From: a virus
Strand: one strand, 5' to 3'
Length of the DNA: 43,035 bases
Virus record (IMG/VR): IMGVR_UViG_3300014949_000001
The notes below the pieces were generated by a model. That model made no database searches and had not been told where the DNA came from. It was given only the letters and a program-made list of their open reading frames with translations. Shown in pieces: positions 16,947 to 25,801 of this stretch. Made by a program: the position numbers and the translations under genes. Each line of letters begins with the position of its first letter. Position 1 is the stretch's first letter.

Positions 16947-18482
16947 TTACTTGCTGGCGGCGTATTCGCAGTAATCTTTGATATAGTCCGCGTAGCTGTT
17001 GTAGTTCTTTACCTCGGTACCGCCGGTGCCGTACTGCTGCAGCGATGCCTTCCTGCGGCTCCACTCGCTCTTGGTCATCAGGCCGGAGCGCACGCTGCCA
17101 TCCACACCCGCCGCCTTCATGTAGGCAATGGCACTGTCGTAGTCGGTCACGCCGGAGATATTCCCGCCGCCGGAATCGCCGCCGCTCTTGGTGAATCCCG
17201 CCTGTGTCAGCATTGCCTCCGTAATGCCGGGATTGCTCTGCAGGATGCCGTTCCATGTGTCAGCGTCGATGTTCGTTCCGTAGGCCGCCTTCAGCGCTGC
17301 GATGTCCTGCGCGCTCAGCCCGGTCGTCTCGGTCTCCTGCGGCGTTGTGTTTCCGCCGCCTCCACTGCTTCGGCTTCCTCTGGAAGGGGACTTGCCCGCC
17401 GCCGTGGTGTTAAATCGGTTCAGCGCCGCTGCATCCGGGTTGATGCCCAGTTCCCGCAGTCCGGAGTAGTCGCCGTACTGTGCAGCCAGCTGTGCCTTCT
17501 CTAGTGCCTCGCCGCGAAGTCCCGTCTGCTGGTTGATCTCGTCAAGCAGGTTCTGGTAGCTGAAACTGCGGTCTGTGTTGTACTGGTTCAGCTCGTTCAG
17601 ATACTTCGTGTAGTCCAGCTGCTCCAGCCCGCTCGCCGTCTGCAGGTCGTTGTTGATGCGGTTGTACTCGTCCATCCATGCCTGATAGTCGAAGGCACGG
17701 TTGGTGTTGTACTGCTGCATCTCGTTGAGGAACTTGTCGTAGTCGCTCTGCTCCGCACCCTGCACCGCGCCGAGGTCAGAGAGCTTCATGTTGTAGTCGT
17801 TCATGTACTTGTTGTAGGCCAGCTGGTAAAGCTCCGGGATTTTGTCCGTCATCTGGCTGGCGTAGTAGTCGCCCGCCTGCGCCGCCGCGTTCACCGCGTA
17901 GCTGGACGGAATGCCTCCGCTGGCTGCCGCCGCCGCGCCCAGCGCGTCCTGCGTGGCTCTCTGGCCTTCCCGCGTGTACTGCTTGCGGTACTGGCTGTAA
18001 AGCTGGTCGTTCTCCGGGTCATAGCTGAAGTCCTTCCGGTTCACGATCTGGCTAAGCAAGTCCTGAATGGTCGCGTCGTAGCGGTTGTTGTATTCCGGCT
18101 GCGCCTCGCCGTAGGAATAGCTGCCGTAGCCCAGCTGCTTGTCCAAAAGGCCGCTGATGGTGTCGGCATAGTTGTTTTTGTAGGTCGGCGCTGCGCTGCT
18201 CTGGAAGTCCTTGGGGGATAGCGGGTCAAGGTAGAAGTTTGCGCCCCTCTGCCCGCCGGTGTACCCGCCGTAGCTGGAGCGGATGCCCTCCGCGCCGAGG
18301 TTGGCCAGCGCCCGTGCCTCGTCCGTGGCAGCGTTTTTGTAGTCCTGCTTGTACTTCAGGATGCTCATTCCTGCGTCCGGGTTCTGCTGCGCCAGCTTCA
18401 GGTCTGCGTCAGAGAACTGCCCGCCGAGGCCGCTGCTCTGCATTGCTTTCTGAAAATCGTCGTATGTGTATCTGTTTGCCAT
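16947..18482 (-). CDS. Hypothetical virion protein, Q/N/Y-rich with internal duplication
   Basis: 511 aa from the ATG at 18482 (MANRYTYDDF..., RBS AAGGGG). Contains the repeat DY(D/T)K(F/Y)LNE(M/L)(Q/N)QYNT(N/D)R(A/S)F(D/S)YQ. Sits between tail genes and the giant ORF. Confidence 0.6.
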   Translation of the reverse strand: MANRYTYDDFQKAMQSSGLGGQFSDADLKLAQQNPDAGMSILKYKQDYKNAATDEARALANLGAEGIRSSYGGYTGGQRGANFYLDPLSPKDFQSSAAPTYKNNYADTISGLLDKQLGYGSYSYGEAQPEYNNRYDATIQDLLSQIVNRKDFSYDPENDQLYSQYRKQYTREGQRATQDALGAAAAASGGIPSSYAVNAAAQAGDYYASQMTDKIPELYQLAYNKYMNDYNMKLSDLGAVQGAEQSDYDKFLNEMQQYNTNRAFDYQAWMDEYNRINNDLQTASGLEQLDYTKYLNELNQYNTDRSFSYQNLLDEINQQTGLRGEALEKAQLAAQYGDYSGLRELGINPDAAALNRFNTTAAGKSPSRGSRSSGGGGNTTPQETETTGLSAQDIAALKAAYGTNIDADTWNGILQSNPGITEAMLTQAGFTKSGGDSGGGNISGVTDYDSAIAYMKAAGVDGSVRSGLMTKSEWSRRKASLQQYGTGGTEVKNYNSYADYIKDYCEYAASK

Positions 18483-18496
18483 AGTCCGCCCCTTTC

Positions 18497-20104
18497 TTAT
18501 AGTTCGCTGCCGTTGTACACTTCCCGCACCAGCGAATACAGTCTGCATCCGCCGTTTCCGGTCATCCGGATGCGGAAGTGGTCGCACCGGCGCGGGATGA
18601 TCGGCAGATAGTAGCTGCGCTTCACTTCCGTCTGCAGCGTCTTCACCGTCCTCCACACGCCGTCGCTGTCGAACTGCATGTCGATCTGCACGCTTGCATC
18701 TTCATCCAGCTCCAGCCGCAGCAGCAGCTTTCCGATTCCCTTCTTCTCCGGTGTCGCCGCGGAAGAGGACGAATAGGTGGTGTATTCGTAGAAGTCCGCC
18801 CACTCCGCCTTCCATGCCACCATCGCTTCCTGCACCGCGCCTTGCGGCACGCTTCTGGCGTTGCCGTTCATCCAGAGCTTGCCGGTCGCATCAAGGCAGT
18901 ACAGCTCCTCATTCCAGCCCCAGCCCACAGCCTGCGTGCTGTCCTCCCGGTGCCACAGGTTGGTGCGGGTGTCGAAGGCAAACAGCTGATACACCCCCGT
19001 CGTGTCCTGCAGCGAGACGAAATACTTTGTCCCGTCGCTGCCCGCCACGCCGTTCCGGAAGCGCTGCGTGCCGAATGCCGCGCTCACGCTCTGCGGGATG
19101 CCGCCGCTCCATGCCACGATGCCTGTCCGGCTCAGGTAGAAAAGCGTCTCCCCCGCAATGGCAAGGCTCTCGTCGCTGCCTTTTTCCACGCCCAAGCTGG
19201 CGCTGCCCATCACCTGAAAATTGGACGGTTTGTCGCCGTATACCTTGTAGATGTGTTCCTCCTTGAAGAAGCACGGATAGCCGAGATAGCTGCAGCACGC
19301 CGTAAAATCTCCGGTGCTTGCCACATCCACCGCAAAGCTGTCCGTCGCCACGCCGTCAAATATATTCCAGTTGAAGATGTCGCCCAGCTTGCTGGCGTAG
19401 ATCGTGTCGCCCTTGCATCCCCACAGCCGGTTTTCATTCTCGCAGATATAGTCTAACTCTGGAACCGTGCGGCTGAGTTGCAATATTTCGCTGTCTCCGC
19501 CGTCCGAGATGGTGAAGGTGTTCTCATAGAAGCGCAGGTTGTCCCCGTCAATCTCCCGGATAATGGCGGTCTTGTTGTTCTCCGGATGCGTCGTCGCGCC
19601 GGAGATCGTCACCGCGTCGCCCTCGTTGAACTTTGCTCCCGCACCCACAGCGTAGATGGTGTTGGCTTTTGCTTCCTCGCCCGCGTAGGTGCCGTCCTGA
19701 ATCTTCGCGCTCCCGCTCCAGCTGCTTTCCAGTGCGCCGAAGTCGCCCGTCAGGCGGTTGTAGTATTTCTTGTCCGGCAGGATGACGATGTACGCGCCGA
19801 GGCTCGTGAACTTCTTGTGCCCGTCGGTGACGATGCCCTTCAGCTCGCCGTCGGCGTAAAAGCCCGTTCCATCCGCCCAGTACAGCCCGTCGTGGGCATA
19901 TAAACCGTTCGGTTTCGTCAGCGTCCGACATGTCCACCGCCTTGTACGCGGGCTTAAAAGGGGATAGAAGTCGCTCGTCAGATTCTCCATGTCCCACAGG
20001 TCTCCGTTCTCTGCTGCGAGCGTGTGGTTGTATCCGCCGAACTTTACCTGCTTGCGCTTGCTGATGCCGTCGCCGTAGGCCATGGATGGCAGCCCGGTCG
20101 CCAT
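18497..20104 (-). CDS. Hypothetical structural protein (possible tail hub or nozzle, beta-rich)
   Basis: 535 aa. Its start overlaps the upstream stop (TAATG). The functional call is based on position among the tail genes only. Confidence 0.5.
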   Translation of the reverse strand: MATGLPSMAYGDGISKRKQVKFGGYNHTLAAENGDLWDMENLTSDFYPLLSPRTRRWTCRTLTKPNGLYAHDGLYWADGTGFYADGELKGIVTDGHKKFTSLGAYIVILPDKKYYNRLTGDFGALESSWSGSAKIQDGTYAGEEAKANTIYAVGAGAKFNEGDAVTISGATTHPENNKTAIIREIDGDNLRFYENTFTISDGGDSEILQLSRTVPELDYICENENRLWGCKGDTIYASKLGDIFNWNIFDGVATDSFAVDVASTGDFTACCSYLGYPCFFKEEHIYKVYGDKPSNFQVMGSASLGVEKGSDESLAIAGETLFYLSRTGIVAWSGGIPQSVSAAFGTQRFRNGVAGSDGTKYFVSLQDTTGVYQLFAFDTRTNLWHREDSTQAVGWGWNEELYCLDATGKLWMNGNARSVPQGAVQEAMVAWKAEWADFYEYTTYSSSSAATPEKKGIGKLLLRLELDEDASVQIDMQFDSDGVWRTVKTLQTEVKRSYYLPIIPRRCDHFRIRMTGNGGCRLYSLVREVYNGSEL

Positions 20105-20487
20105 TATCCCTCACCTCCGAACACAATGAACTTCTCCAGCGCTTCCAGCTGCATGGGCGTGATCTTCTCCGGCACCGGCGCGTGCTGCACCGTGAAGTCA
20201 TCCTCCACCTGCGTCATGCCCAGCGCCCTGCGTTCCCTCTGGTATCCCGCCGCCGCGTCTGCGTCCCGATAAGGGAAGGTGCCCCGCTCCGTCCATTTGA
20301 TATTGCCCTTTTCGTCCTTCTCCGCGTACTTCTCCGCCAGCTTCAGTTCCTCATTCTGTAGAAACTCCACATGGCTCTGCAGCTGCTTCTTCACCATCAT
20401 CACAGCAAACGCCGTCTGATAGTCCATTTCCTTCTGCTGCAGCTGCACCGCCGCCAAATAGGCGTTTGCGCATTCGATCAAATACAT
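20104..20487 (-). CDS. Hypothetical protein (tail-module position)
   Basis: 127 aa in a compact operon context. No confident family assignment. Confidence 0.5.
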   Translation of the reverse strand: MYLIECANAYLAAVQLQQKEMDYQTAFAVMMVKKQLQSHVEFLQNEELKLAEKYAEKDEKGNIKWTERGTFPYRDADAAAGYQRERRALGMTQVEDDFTVQHAPVPEKITPMQLEALEKFIVFGGEG

Positions 20488-20498
20488 GCTTTCCCTCC

Positions 20499-21494
20499 TT
20501 AGCTGCTGCTCACTTGAAGCAGCGTCCCGTTGACATACACATCTCCCGTCAGGTAGATGCCACTGTCACCTCTGATGGTCATTCTCGTCCCCGCATACAG
20601 GAACACGTTCTCGTCCGCCTCCATACTGATGCCGCTGGCACTCTGCAGCTTCATGGCAAAGCCCACGCCCTGCACATAGTTGGTGTAGATGAACATGCGG
20701 TATGTGCGCTCGTACTCCGTGCCCGCGCCCTGATCGTCCAGTCGGATGCCGCCCGCCACATAGTTGGTGTTCAGGTAGCAGAACTCGATCTCGCCGCCCA
20801 CGGTTCCGTTGGCTTTCAGTACGCTTTTGAAGGTGCTGCCCTCGATGGTGCAGCCGTAGATGTCGATAGCCTCGATGGTGCCCGTGGTGATGTTGTCCCC
20901 GTTGATGGTCGTCCAGCCGCTGGTGGACAGGTCTGTGAAGCTCACCATGCCGGAGAAGCTGATGGACTGGCTGCTCAGCTGCACGCCGTTGGCCAAAAGC
21001 CGAATGGTGGAGCTGGATGAGCCGTTGGTCACGCTCAGCGTCATGCCGTTCACCGTCTGCGTCAGGGAAGAGATGTTCCCCTCTGCGTCCGAGATGCGGC
21101 TTGTCAGGCTTGTGGCCGTCTGCTGCAGGGTGGAGATGCTGCCCTCCGCGCTGCTGATGCGGCTTGTCAGGCTTGTGGTGGTGGCGGTGAGCTGCGTGAT
21201 GTTTCCCTCCGCGTCGCTCAGCCGCGCGCCCAGTCCCGCCGCCGTCACTGTCAGCGCCGCGATATTTGCCTCGTCATCCTTCAGCTGCACATACACCGGC
21301 TCCGTGATGATGTTTGCGATCTCCTCCAGCCCCGCGTCGTTGAAGTTCTCTTTGTCAAGGTTTCCCATGCTGTAGCGCAGCTGCTCCAGCAGCATGTAGA
21401 GATAGCTTGTGATCTTCTCAAACTTCTCGTCCGTGCTCTGCTCCTGCGTCAGCGTCGGGAAAGTGGTGTCTGCCGTCAGCAGGTTTGATGGCAT
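20499..21494 (-). CDS. Tail fibre/tail-associated protein with 21-aa tandem repeats
   Basis: 331 aa, RBS AAAGGAGG. Has a coiled-coil repeat region followed by a beta-rich C-terminus. Confidence 0.6.
   Translation of the reverse strand: MPSNLLTADTTFPTLTQEQSTDEKFEKITSYLYMLLEQLRYSMGNLDKENFNDAGLEEIANIITEPVYVQLKDDEANIAALTVTAAGLGARLSDAEGNITQLTATTTSLTSRISSAEGSISTLQQTATSLTSRISDAEGNISSLTQTVNGMTLSVTNGSSSSTIRLLANGVQLSSQSISFSGMVSFTDLSTSGWTTINGDNITTGTIEAIDIYGCTIEGSTFKSVLKANGTVGGEIEFCYLNTNYVAGGIRLDDQGAGTEYERTYRMFIYTNYVQGVGFAMKLQSASGISMEADENVFLYAGTRMTIRGDSGIYLTGDVYVNGTLLQVSSS
21045..21233 (-). repeat. 3 x 63-bp in-frame tandem repeat inside the tail-fibre-like gene
   Basis: GATGCGGCTTGTCAGGCTTGTGG recurs at 21092 and 21155 (period 63). 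The peptide units are LGARLSDAEGNITQLTATTTS, LTSRISSAEGSISTLQQTATS and LTSRISDAEGNISSLTQTVNG. Confidence 0.85.
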
Positions 21495-21519
21495 CTTTCA
21501 TGCCTCCTTTCGCGCAGAA

Positions 21520-21552
21520 GGCGGAGACCGGCGGAATGCACCGGCCTCCGCC
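21520..21552 (-). terminator. Possible terminator after the endolysin gene
   Basis: 12-bp stem GGCGGAGACCGG / CCGGCCTCCGCC with 1 mismatch and a 9-nt loop. The T-tract on the minus strand is weak. Confidence 0.35.
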
Positions 21553-21558
21553 GCTCTC

Positions 21559-22323
21559 TTAGTCCTTCACCGCAGGCTCCATGCCCACAGCCTTCAGCTT
21601 GCGGTCAAACGCCCCGCCGCGATACTCCAGTACAAGAGTACGCACCATGTCGTGGCTCAGGTCGATGATGTCCTCGTTGCCCGTCGGGTCGCTGCCGTCG
21701 CCGCCGAGGATGTTTGCATCCATCAACTTTTCAACGATGTCGTGGAACTCCTTGTTCTTGATGTCCCGCAGCCGTTCGTATCTCACCATGTTTTCTTCCT
21801 CCAGTCTTTCGTTTACTTCCTTTGCGATCTGCCCGTGATGCTCGTACAGCCAGTTGCCGGGGCAGCTCTTATTGGCAAACCAGCGGTGCACCGTCATGTT
21901 CTGCTTTTCCACCTGACCTACGAGGTTTTGATCTCCCTTCCACCGCAGTTCAGGGATGTGATTCCGCTTGCAGATGTCCACCAGCAGATTGATGAGGCTC
22001 ATGTAGGCTTCCTCCGTGATCGGCCACGGCTCGCCGTCTGCGCAGTTGGCCACCTCGATGGTCACAGCCCGGTTGTCGTTGCTGGCGCTTGAAGTGCACC
22101 AGCTGCGGTTTCCCTCGTCCACATACAGCGCGATTCTGCCGTCGCTGCCGATGCCGTAGTTGCTGCTGGCCTCCCGCGATCTGTCTGCAAACAGTCTGCC
22201 GCAGCTCTCCACGCTCAGGTTTCCCGCCATGCAGTGGATGCTGATGGTGTCGATGGCGTGCCTGCGCTTGCCGGAGTGGTTCGGGCTGAGCCGGGTATAG
22301 CTCACCAGCTTACTGTTGCTCAT
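21559..22323 (-). CDS. N-acetylmuramoyl-L-alanine amidase endolysin (Amidase_2/PGRP-like)
   Basis: 254 aa. ...IDTISIHCMAGNLSVESC...SSNYGIGSDGRIALYVDE...AVTIEVAN...HRWFANKSCPG... It follows holin-like genes. Confidence 0.88.
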   Translation of the reverse strand: MSNSKLVSYTRLSPNHSGKRRHAIDTISIHCMAGNLSVESCGRLFADRSREASSNYGIGSDGRIALYVDEGNRSWCTSSASNDNRAVTIEVANCADGEPWPITEEAYMSLINLLVDICKRNHIPELRWKGDQNLVGQVEKQNMTVHRWFANKSCPGNWLYEHHGQIAKEVNERLEEENMVRYERLRDIKNKEFHDIVEKLMDANILGGDGSDPTGNEDIIDLSHDMVRTLVLEYRGGAFDRKLKAVGMEPAVKD

Positions 22324-22669
22324 GGTCTTCCTCCTTGCCGGGTGTCGCGGTGCTCAGCATGTCCTTCAGCTTCTTCAGCACATCCACCGCATACGCCGTG
22401 AACGCCGCCAGCAGCGCGATATGTACCGCCGTCATCAGGTTCACCGTCTGTCCCTCCGCCTCGATGACCAGCAGATCAGGGTTCAGCCAGCCTACGTAGT
22501 ACACCGCGATGAGTGACGCAGCCACCACGCCGCCCTTGATGCAGCCGTTGCGGAACTTCATCATGTCCCATGTGCCCTCCATGAAGGCGTTCACGCTGCC
22601 GAGGGCGATGTTTGCCGCGATCAGCAGCACCAGCCCGATACCCAGTCTCACGATTGCAATGTCCGTCAT
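22310..22669 (-). CDS. Holin (multi-TM small membrane protein)
   Basis: 119 aa with 3-4 TM helices and a charged C-terminus. It overlaps the amidase start by 14 nt. Confidence 0.65.
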   Translation of the reverse strand: MTDIAIVRLGIGLVLLIAANIALGSVNAFMEGTWDMMKFRNGCIKGGVVAASLIAVYYVGWLNPDLLVIEAEGQTVNLMTAVHIALLAAFTAYAVDVLKKLKDMLSTATPGKEEDHEQQ

Positions 22670-22682
22670 GGTCTTGCTCCTT

Positions 22683-22952
22683 TCATAAGTCCGTTACCTG
22701 TTCTTCCTTCCTGCCGATACCGCCGAAGCTCTCCCGCTTTTCAAACAGGCTCTTCGCGCAGTACAGCAGCACCACGCCGATGATCTCCGTCACCGCCGTC
22801 CGGCTCAGGCTTTCCGCAATCTCCGTCCTGCCGAGGAAGGCGAGGGCGTAGCTGCACCACACCCAGCCGATGCCGTTGATAAGGCACGCCCACACAATGC
22901 GCTTGGTGGTCGTTGTCTTACTTGGCCGTCTTCTCTGATGCCTGCCCTTCAT
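22683..22952 (-). CDS. Small 2-TM membrane protein (holin/antiholin-like)
   Basis: 89 aa from the ATG at 22952 (MKGRHQRRRPSK... then two TM segments). ATGA overlap with the upstream gene. Confidence 0.45.
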   Translation of the reverse strand: MKGRHQRRRPSKTTTTKRIVWACLINGIGWVWCSYALAFLGRTEIAESLSRTAVTEIIGVVLLYCAKSLFEKRESFGGIGRKEEQVTDL

Positions 22953-23188
22953 GCCCCTCTCTCCAGATCGTCGATGCGGTGGTTTGCCACCTTCAGCTTT
23001 TCCTCGAAGACCGCCGCCGCCTCTTCCAGATGGTAGGTGCGCTCCACCAAACCGTTGTGCTTCGCTACTTTCTGCTCCAGCTCCTCCAGCCGGTAGGCGA
23101 TGAGCGCCGCGCTTTTCTTGTTTGCGAAGTACGCCCCCGCCATGGTGCCGATCAGGCTCAGCACAGCCACAATGACCGTCTCCGTCAT
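22949..23188 (-). CDS. Small N-terminal-TM plus coiled-coil protein (BhlA/UviB holin-like)
   Basis: 79 aa from the ATG at 23188 (MTETVIVAVLSLIGTMAGAYFANKK... coiled coil). ATGA overlap. Confidence 0.4.
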   Translation of the reverse strand: MTETVIVAVLSLIGTMAGAYFANKKSAALIAYRLEELEQKVAKHNGLVERTYHLEEAAAVFEEKLKVANHRIDDLERGA

Positions 23189-23796
23189 GCCGTCGCCTCC
23201 GTCCATCCATACGCACCCGGCTCCCACACGTTCGCGTCCATATCGCTCGTCCAGTGTTTGCCGTTGTGGCTCACCTTTGCGCCCTTGGCGTAGGCATCTG
23301 TGCTGCCCACCGGCTGGCTCCACTCCGGCCATTCCTCCGCCGGGTCGGAGATGCCCACCCACAGCGACGGGCTGTCCTCCGGTTTCCAGTCCGCCTGCGA
23401 GGTGTGCGCCTGCAGGCATTTGTAGAGCTTTCCGCTGCGTTCCCTGATCTGTCCTGCGGTGTAGGCCACCGGGTACGTCCACGGGCTGAACAGCTCCGCG
23501 TGCTCTCCCGCCGTCACGCCGTCGATGTCTCCTCTCTCTGTCATGGTGACAAAGGCGATGCCCGCCGCCTCACTGCTGCTCTGCAAAACCGCGCCGGTGT
23601 CCTTCTCAATGAGCTGCACTTCCTCCAGTTCATCAAGCCCCGTGTGCCCCATCAGACGGTATACCGTGCCGTCCACGGCCACGCCCTGTGCGTCCTCCTC
23701 TTCGCAGAGGATGTAGAAGCCGTCCGCGTGCCTGCGGATGTAGTTCGGCTTCTCTGTCAGCGCGATCACGCCGCCGTCCTTTCTGATCTCGTACAT
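23185..23796 (-). CDS. Protein with two CBM5/12-like carbohydrate-binding repeats
   Basis: 203 aa. YKCLQAHTSQADWKPEDSPSLW and VSHNGKHWTSDMDANVWEPG..W resemble chitin/carbohydrate-binding CBM5/12 repeats. Confidence 0.5.
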   Translation of the reverse strand: MYEIRKDGGVIALTEKPNYIRRHADGFYILCEEEDAQGVAVDGTVYRLMGHTGLDELEEVQLIEKDTGAVLQSSSEAAGIAFVTMTERGDIDGVTAGEHAELFSPWTYPVAYTAGQIRERSGKLYKCLQAHTSQADWKPEDSPSLWVGISDPAEEWPEWSQPVGSTDAYAKGAKVSHNGKHWTSDMDANVWEPGAYGWTEATA

Positions 23797-23800
23797 GCTT

Positions 23801-24919
23801 TCACGCTCCTTTTTCCATCAGTCGTTTGTAGAACCTGTCCATCCGCCGCAGCACCCGGTAGCTGTTGCCCCGCCGCATGTGGCCGCGCCAGCTCTCGTAT
23901 GCCGTGCGGATGTCTTCCTCTGTCATTCTGCCTTCCGCCATCCATCGCCGGAAGGTCTTCAGCTTCCGCCGCATCCGCCTTGCGCTTTTGCGGCACATCT
24001 TCCGCCGCACCTTCCCCGTCTCCGTCAGATAGAATCGCGTCTTCAGGAAGTGCAGCTCCTGCAGCTTTACAATGCGCGTCTTCTTCTCGTTCATCCGGAT
24101 GCCGAGGTCTGCGCATACCGCCCGGATTTGCTTCAGGCATTCCTGCAGGTAGTCCCGGCTCTCGTGGATGAGATAGCCGTCGTCCATATATCTGCCGTAG
24201 CCCTCGATGTGCAGTTGCTCCTTGATGAAGTGGTCAAGCCGGTTTGGCAGCATCAGCGCGTCGATCTGGCTCACCTGACTGCCGAGGCCGAAGCCCCGCT
24301 CGCCAAAGTCCTCCATCAGACCGCACGCCAGCTTTCGCACCCGCTCGTCCCGGATGCGCCGCTCGCTCTCTGCGTAGATCGGCGCGTGCGGCGCGGAGTT
24401 GAAGTAGTCCGAAAAGTCGAATACCAGCGCCCAGCCGTCCGTCCCGTGCTTTCGGTAGTACCGCTGCAGGTGGCAGGTCAGCCTATCCATGGCAAAGTCG
24501 ATGCCCTTGCCCTTCAGGCTCGCCGCGTTGTCGTACACGAACGCCGCCGAGAACAGCGGCACCAGCGCGTTGTCGCACAGGCAGCGCTGCACCACCCGCT
24601 CCGCAATGTGCACGCTGCGGATGTGCCGCAGCTTTCCCCGTTCCATCAGGTCGAAGGCGAAAAAGCCCTTGGTCTTCCATGTGCCGTCCATCAGCTCCCG
24701 GTGCGTCCGGGCGATGTTGGCGGTAAAGTTTCCGAGATACCGCTGCGTGGAGCATTTCCATCCCACGCCCTTGCAGCATTCCCGTCCCGCCCGGTACAGG
24801 TGCTCGTAGCTGAATACCTGTTCAAAGCTCCCGCACGCCTCGCTGCGTGCATCTCTTCGCCGCTGGCGTTCCGCTTTTCTTCTCCTGTACCGTGCCTCGT
24901 GTCTCTCTTCGCTCGTCAT
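23801..24919 (-). CDS. DGR-type reverse transcriptase
   Basis: 372 aa. YMDD catalytic motif (GRYMDDGY) and the DGR-typical GLGSQVSQ motif. It lies 228 nt downstream of the TR. Confidence 0.92.
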   Translation of the reverse strand: MTSEERHEARYRRRKAERQRRRDARSEACGSFEQVFSYEHLYRAGRECCKGVGWKCSTQRYLGNFTANIARTHRELMDGTWKTKGFFAFDLMERGKLRHIRSVHIAERVVQRCLCDNALVPLFSAAFVYDNAASLKGKGIDFAMDRLTCHLQRYYRKHGTDGWALVFDFSDYFNSAPHAPIYAESERRIRDERVRKLACGLMEDFGERGFGLGSQVSQIDALMLPNRLDHFIKEQLHIEGYGRYMDDGYLIHESRDYLQECLKQIRAVCADLGIRMNEKKTRIVKLQELHFLKTRFYLTETGKVRRKMCRKSARRMRRKLKTFRRWMAEGRMTEEDIRTAYESWRGHMRRGNSYRVLRRMDRFYKRLMEKGA

Positions 24920-25147
24920 AATTCTCCTCGCCCGTTAGGGCATCCCCTGTACGGAATTATTCTTGGGTGCGTGTTCTATCCGCGTGGCAGTACCAGCCAT
25001 GGAACGGGCTGTCCGCACATTCGCCCGCCATGCAAGCAGCGTCCGGCTGACTGCATCAGAGGATTGTTTTGGCTGTGCCGGGAACAAGCTCTCCTTCTGC
25101 AAGGGTGCTGCTTCGCCGCTGCCGGTTACTGTCCTGACCCATCTCTT

Positions 25148-25280
25148 GCAGAATCCGAAGGCCACGCCATTCGCATTGCTCGCGTTGTTGTAGTTGGCGT
25201 TGCCGTTGCTGTTGACATTGCAGAAATTCGTGGAGTTGCTGCCATTCGGAGAGCGCTCCCACCAGTTGTTCGCGCTGCCG
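25148..25280 (-). repeat. DGR template repeat (TR)
   Basis: 133 bp aligning gap-free to 25808-25940 and to 39203-~39310. In the VR frame it encodes 14 Asn AAY codons. It lies in an intergenic position between avd and the RT. Confidence 0.93.
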
Positions 25281-25315
25281 CAAGTGCAACAAATACAGAG
25301 CTTGACCCATGTTTT

Positions 25316-25744
25316 TCATTCCGGAAGGTCTTTGTACCGCTGCCGGTCGTTCTTCTTCACCGCCGCAATGAGCTTCGCTTCCTCGCAGATGAGGTCGCCC
25401 CAGCGCTGCATCGCCTTGTGAATCCACCCGTAGCCCTCCGGGTTCTGCAAAATGCTGTCATACAGCAGCTGCAGCTTTGGGCTGAGGTTCTGCAGCGCGT
25501 TATTCGCTCGCATCAGCTCGTCCCTGCGCAGCTGCGCCTCGTGCCGGTTCGTCGGCCAGATGTTGTTTGCCGCCCGTACCCGGTCATGCACCTCGCTGCT
25601 CAGCTCCATGATGCGTCCCGTCAGAAATCGCTCGTACCGCTTCGGTGCCTTCATGCAGCACGCAAAGGTGTGTGCCTCCAGCTGCCTTGCCGTTTCGATG
25701 AACTGCACGCTGCTCTCGCCTCGTTTGGATTTGTAGACCGACAT
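25316..25744 (-). CDS. avd: Accessory variability determinant (Avd, four-helix-bundle protein)
   Basis: 142 aa from the ATG at 25744 (RBS GGAAGGGAG). Basic and helical, with ...KAPKRYERFLTGRI...RVRAANNIWPTNRHEAQLRRDELMRANNAL... It lies between VR1 and the TR. Confidence 0.8.
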   Translation of the reverse strand: MSVYKSKRGESSVQFIETARQLEAHTFACCMKAPKRYERFLTGRIMELSSEVHDRVRAANNIWPTNRHEAQLRRDELMRANNALQNLSPKLQLLYDSILQNPEGYGWIHKAMQRWGDLICEEAKLIAAVKKNDRQRYKDLPE

Positions 25745-25761
25745 GGTTCTCTCCCTTCCAT

Positions 25762-25783
25762 CCCGCAGCACACAGGCTGCGGG
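25762..25783 (-). promoter_or_regulatory. GC hairpin 3' of VR1 (DGR target-recognition hairpin candidate)
   Basis: CCCGCAGC / GCTGCGGG 8-bp stem with a 6-nt loop, 18 nt past the target stop codon. Confidence 0.7.
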
Positions 25784-25801
25784 ATTGCCTCAGATGCTGG
25801 A

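Noticed and set aside
23801-24919. RT as a group II intron or retron reverse transcriptase
   Set aside because: There is no maturase/En domain and no intron RNA context. A TR with two adenine-mutated VRs, an adjacent Avd and the GxxxSQ motif all point to a DGR.
24935-25165. 76-aa minus-strand ORF starting MAFGFCKRW...
   Set aside because: It merely reads from the end of the template repeat into the TR-RT spacer. It has no RBS, and the TR should be non-coding.
25056-25427. Track ORFs 25056-25427, 25584-25922 and 39096-39326, which share ...LRC.QQR.RR...VWRGLR... peptides
   Set aside because: The similarity is just the TR, VR1 and VR2 nucleotide repeat read in a wrong frame. The true frame is that of the target genes.
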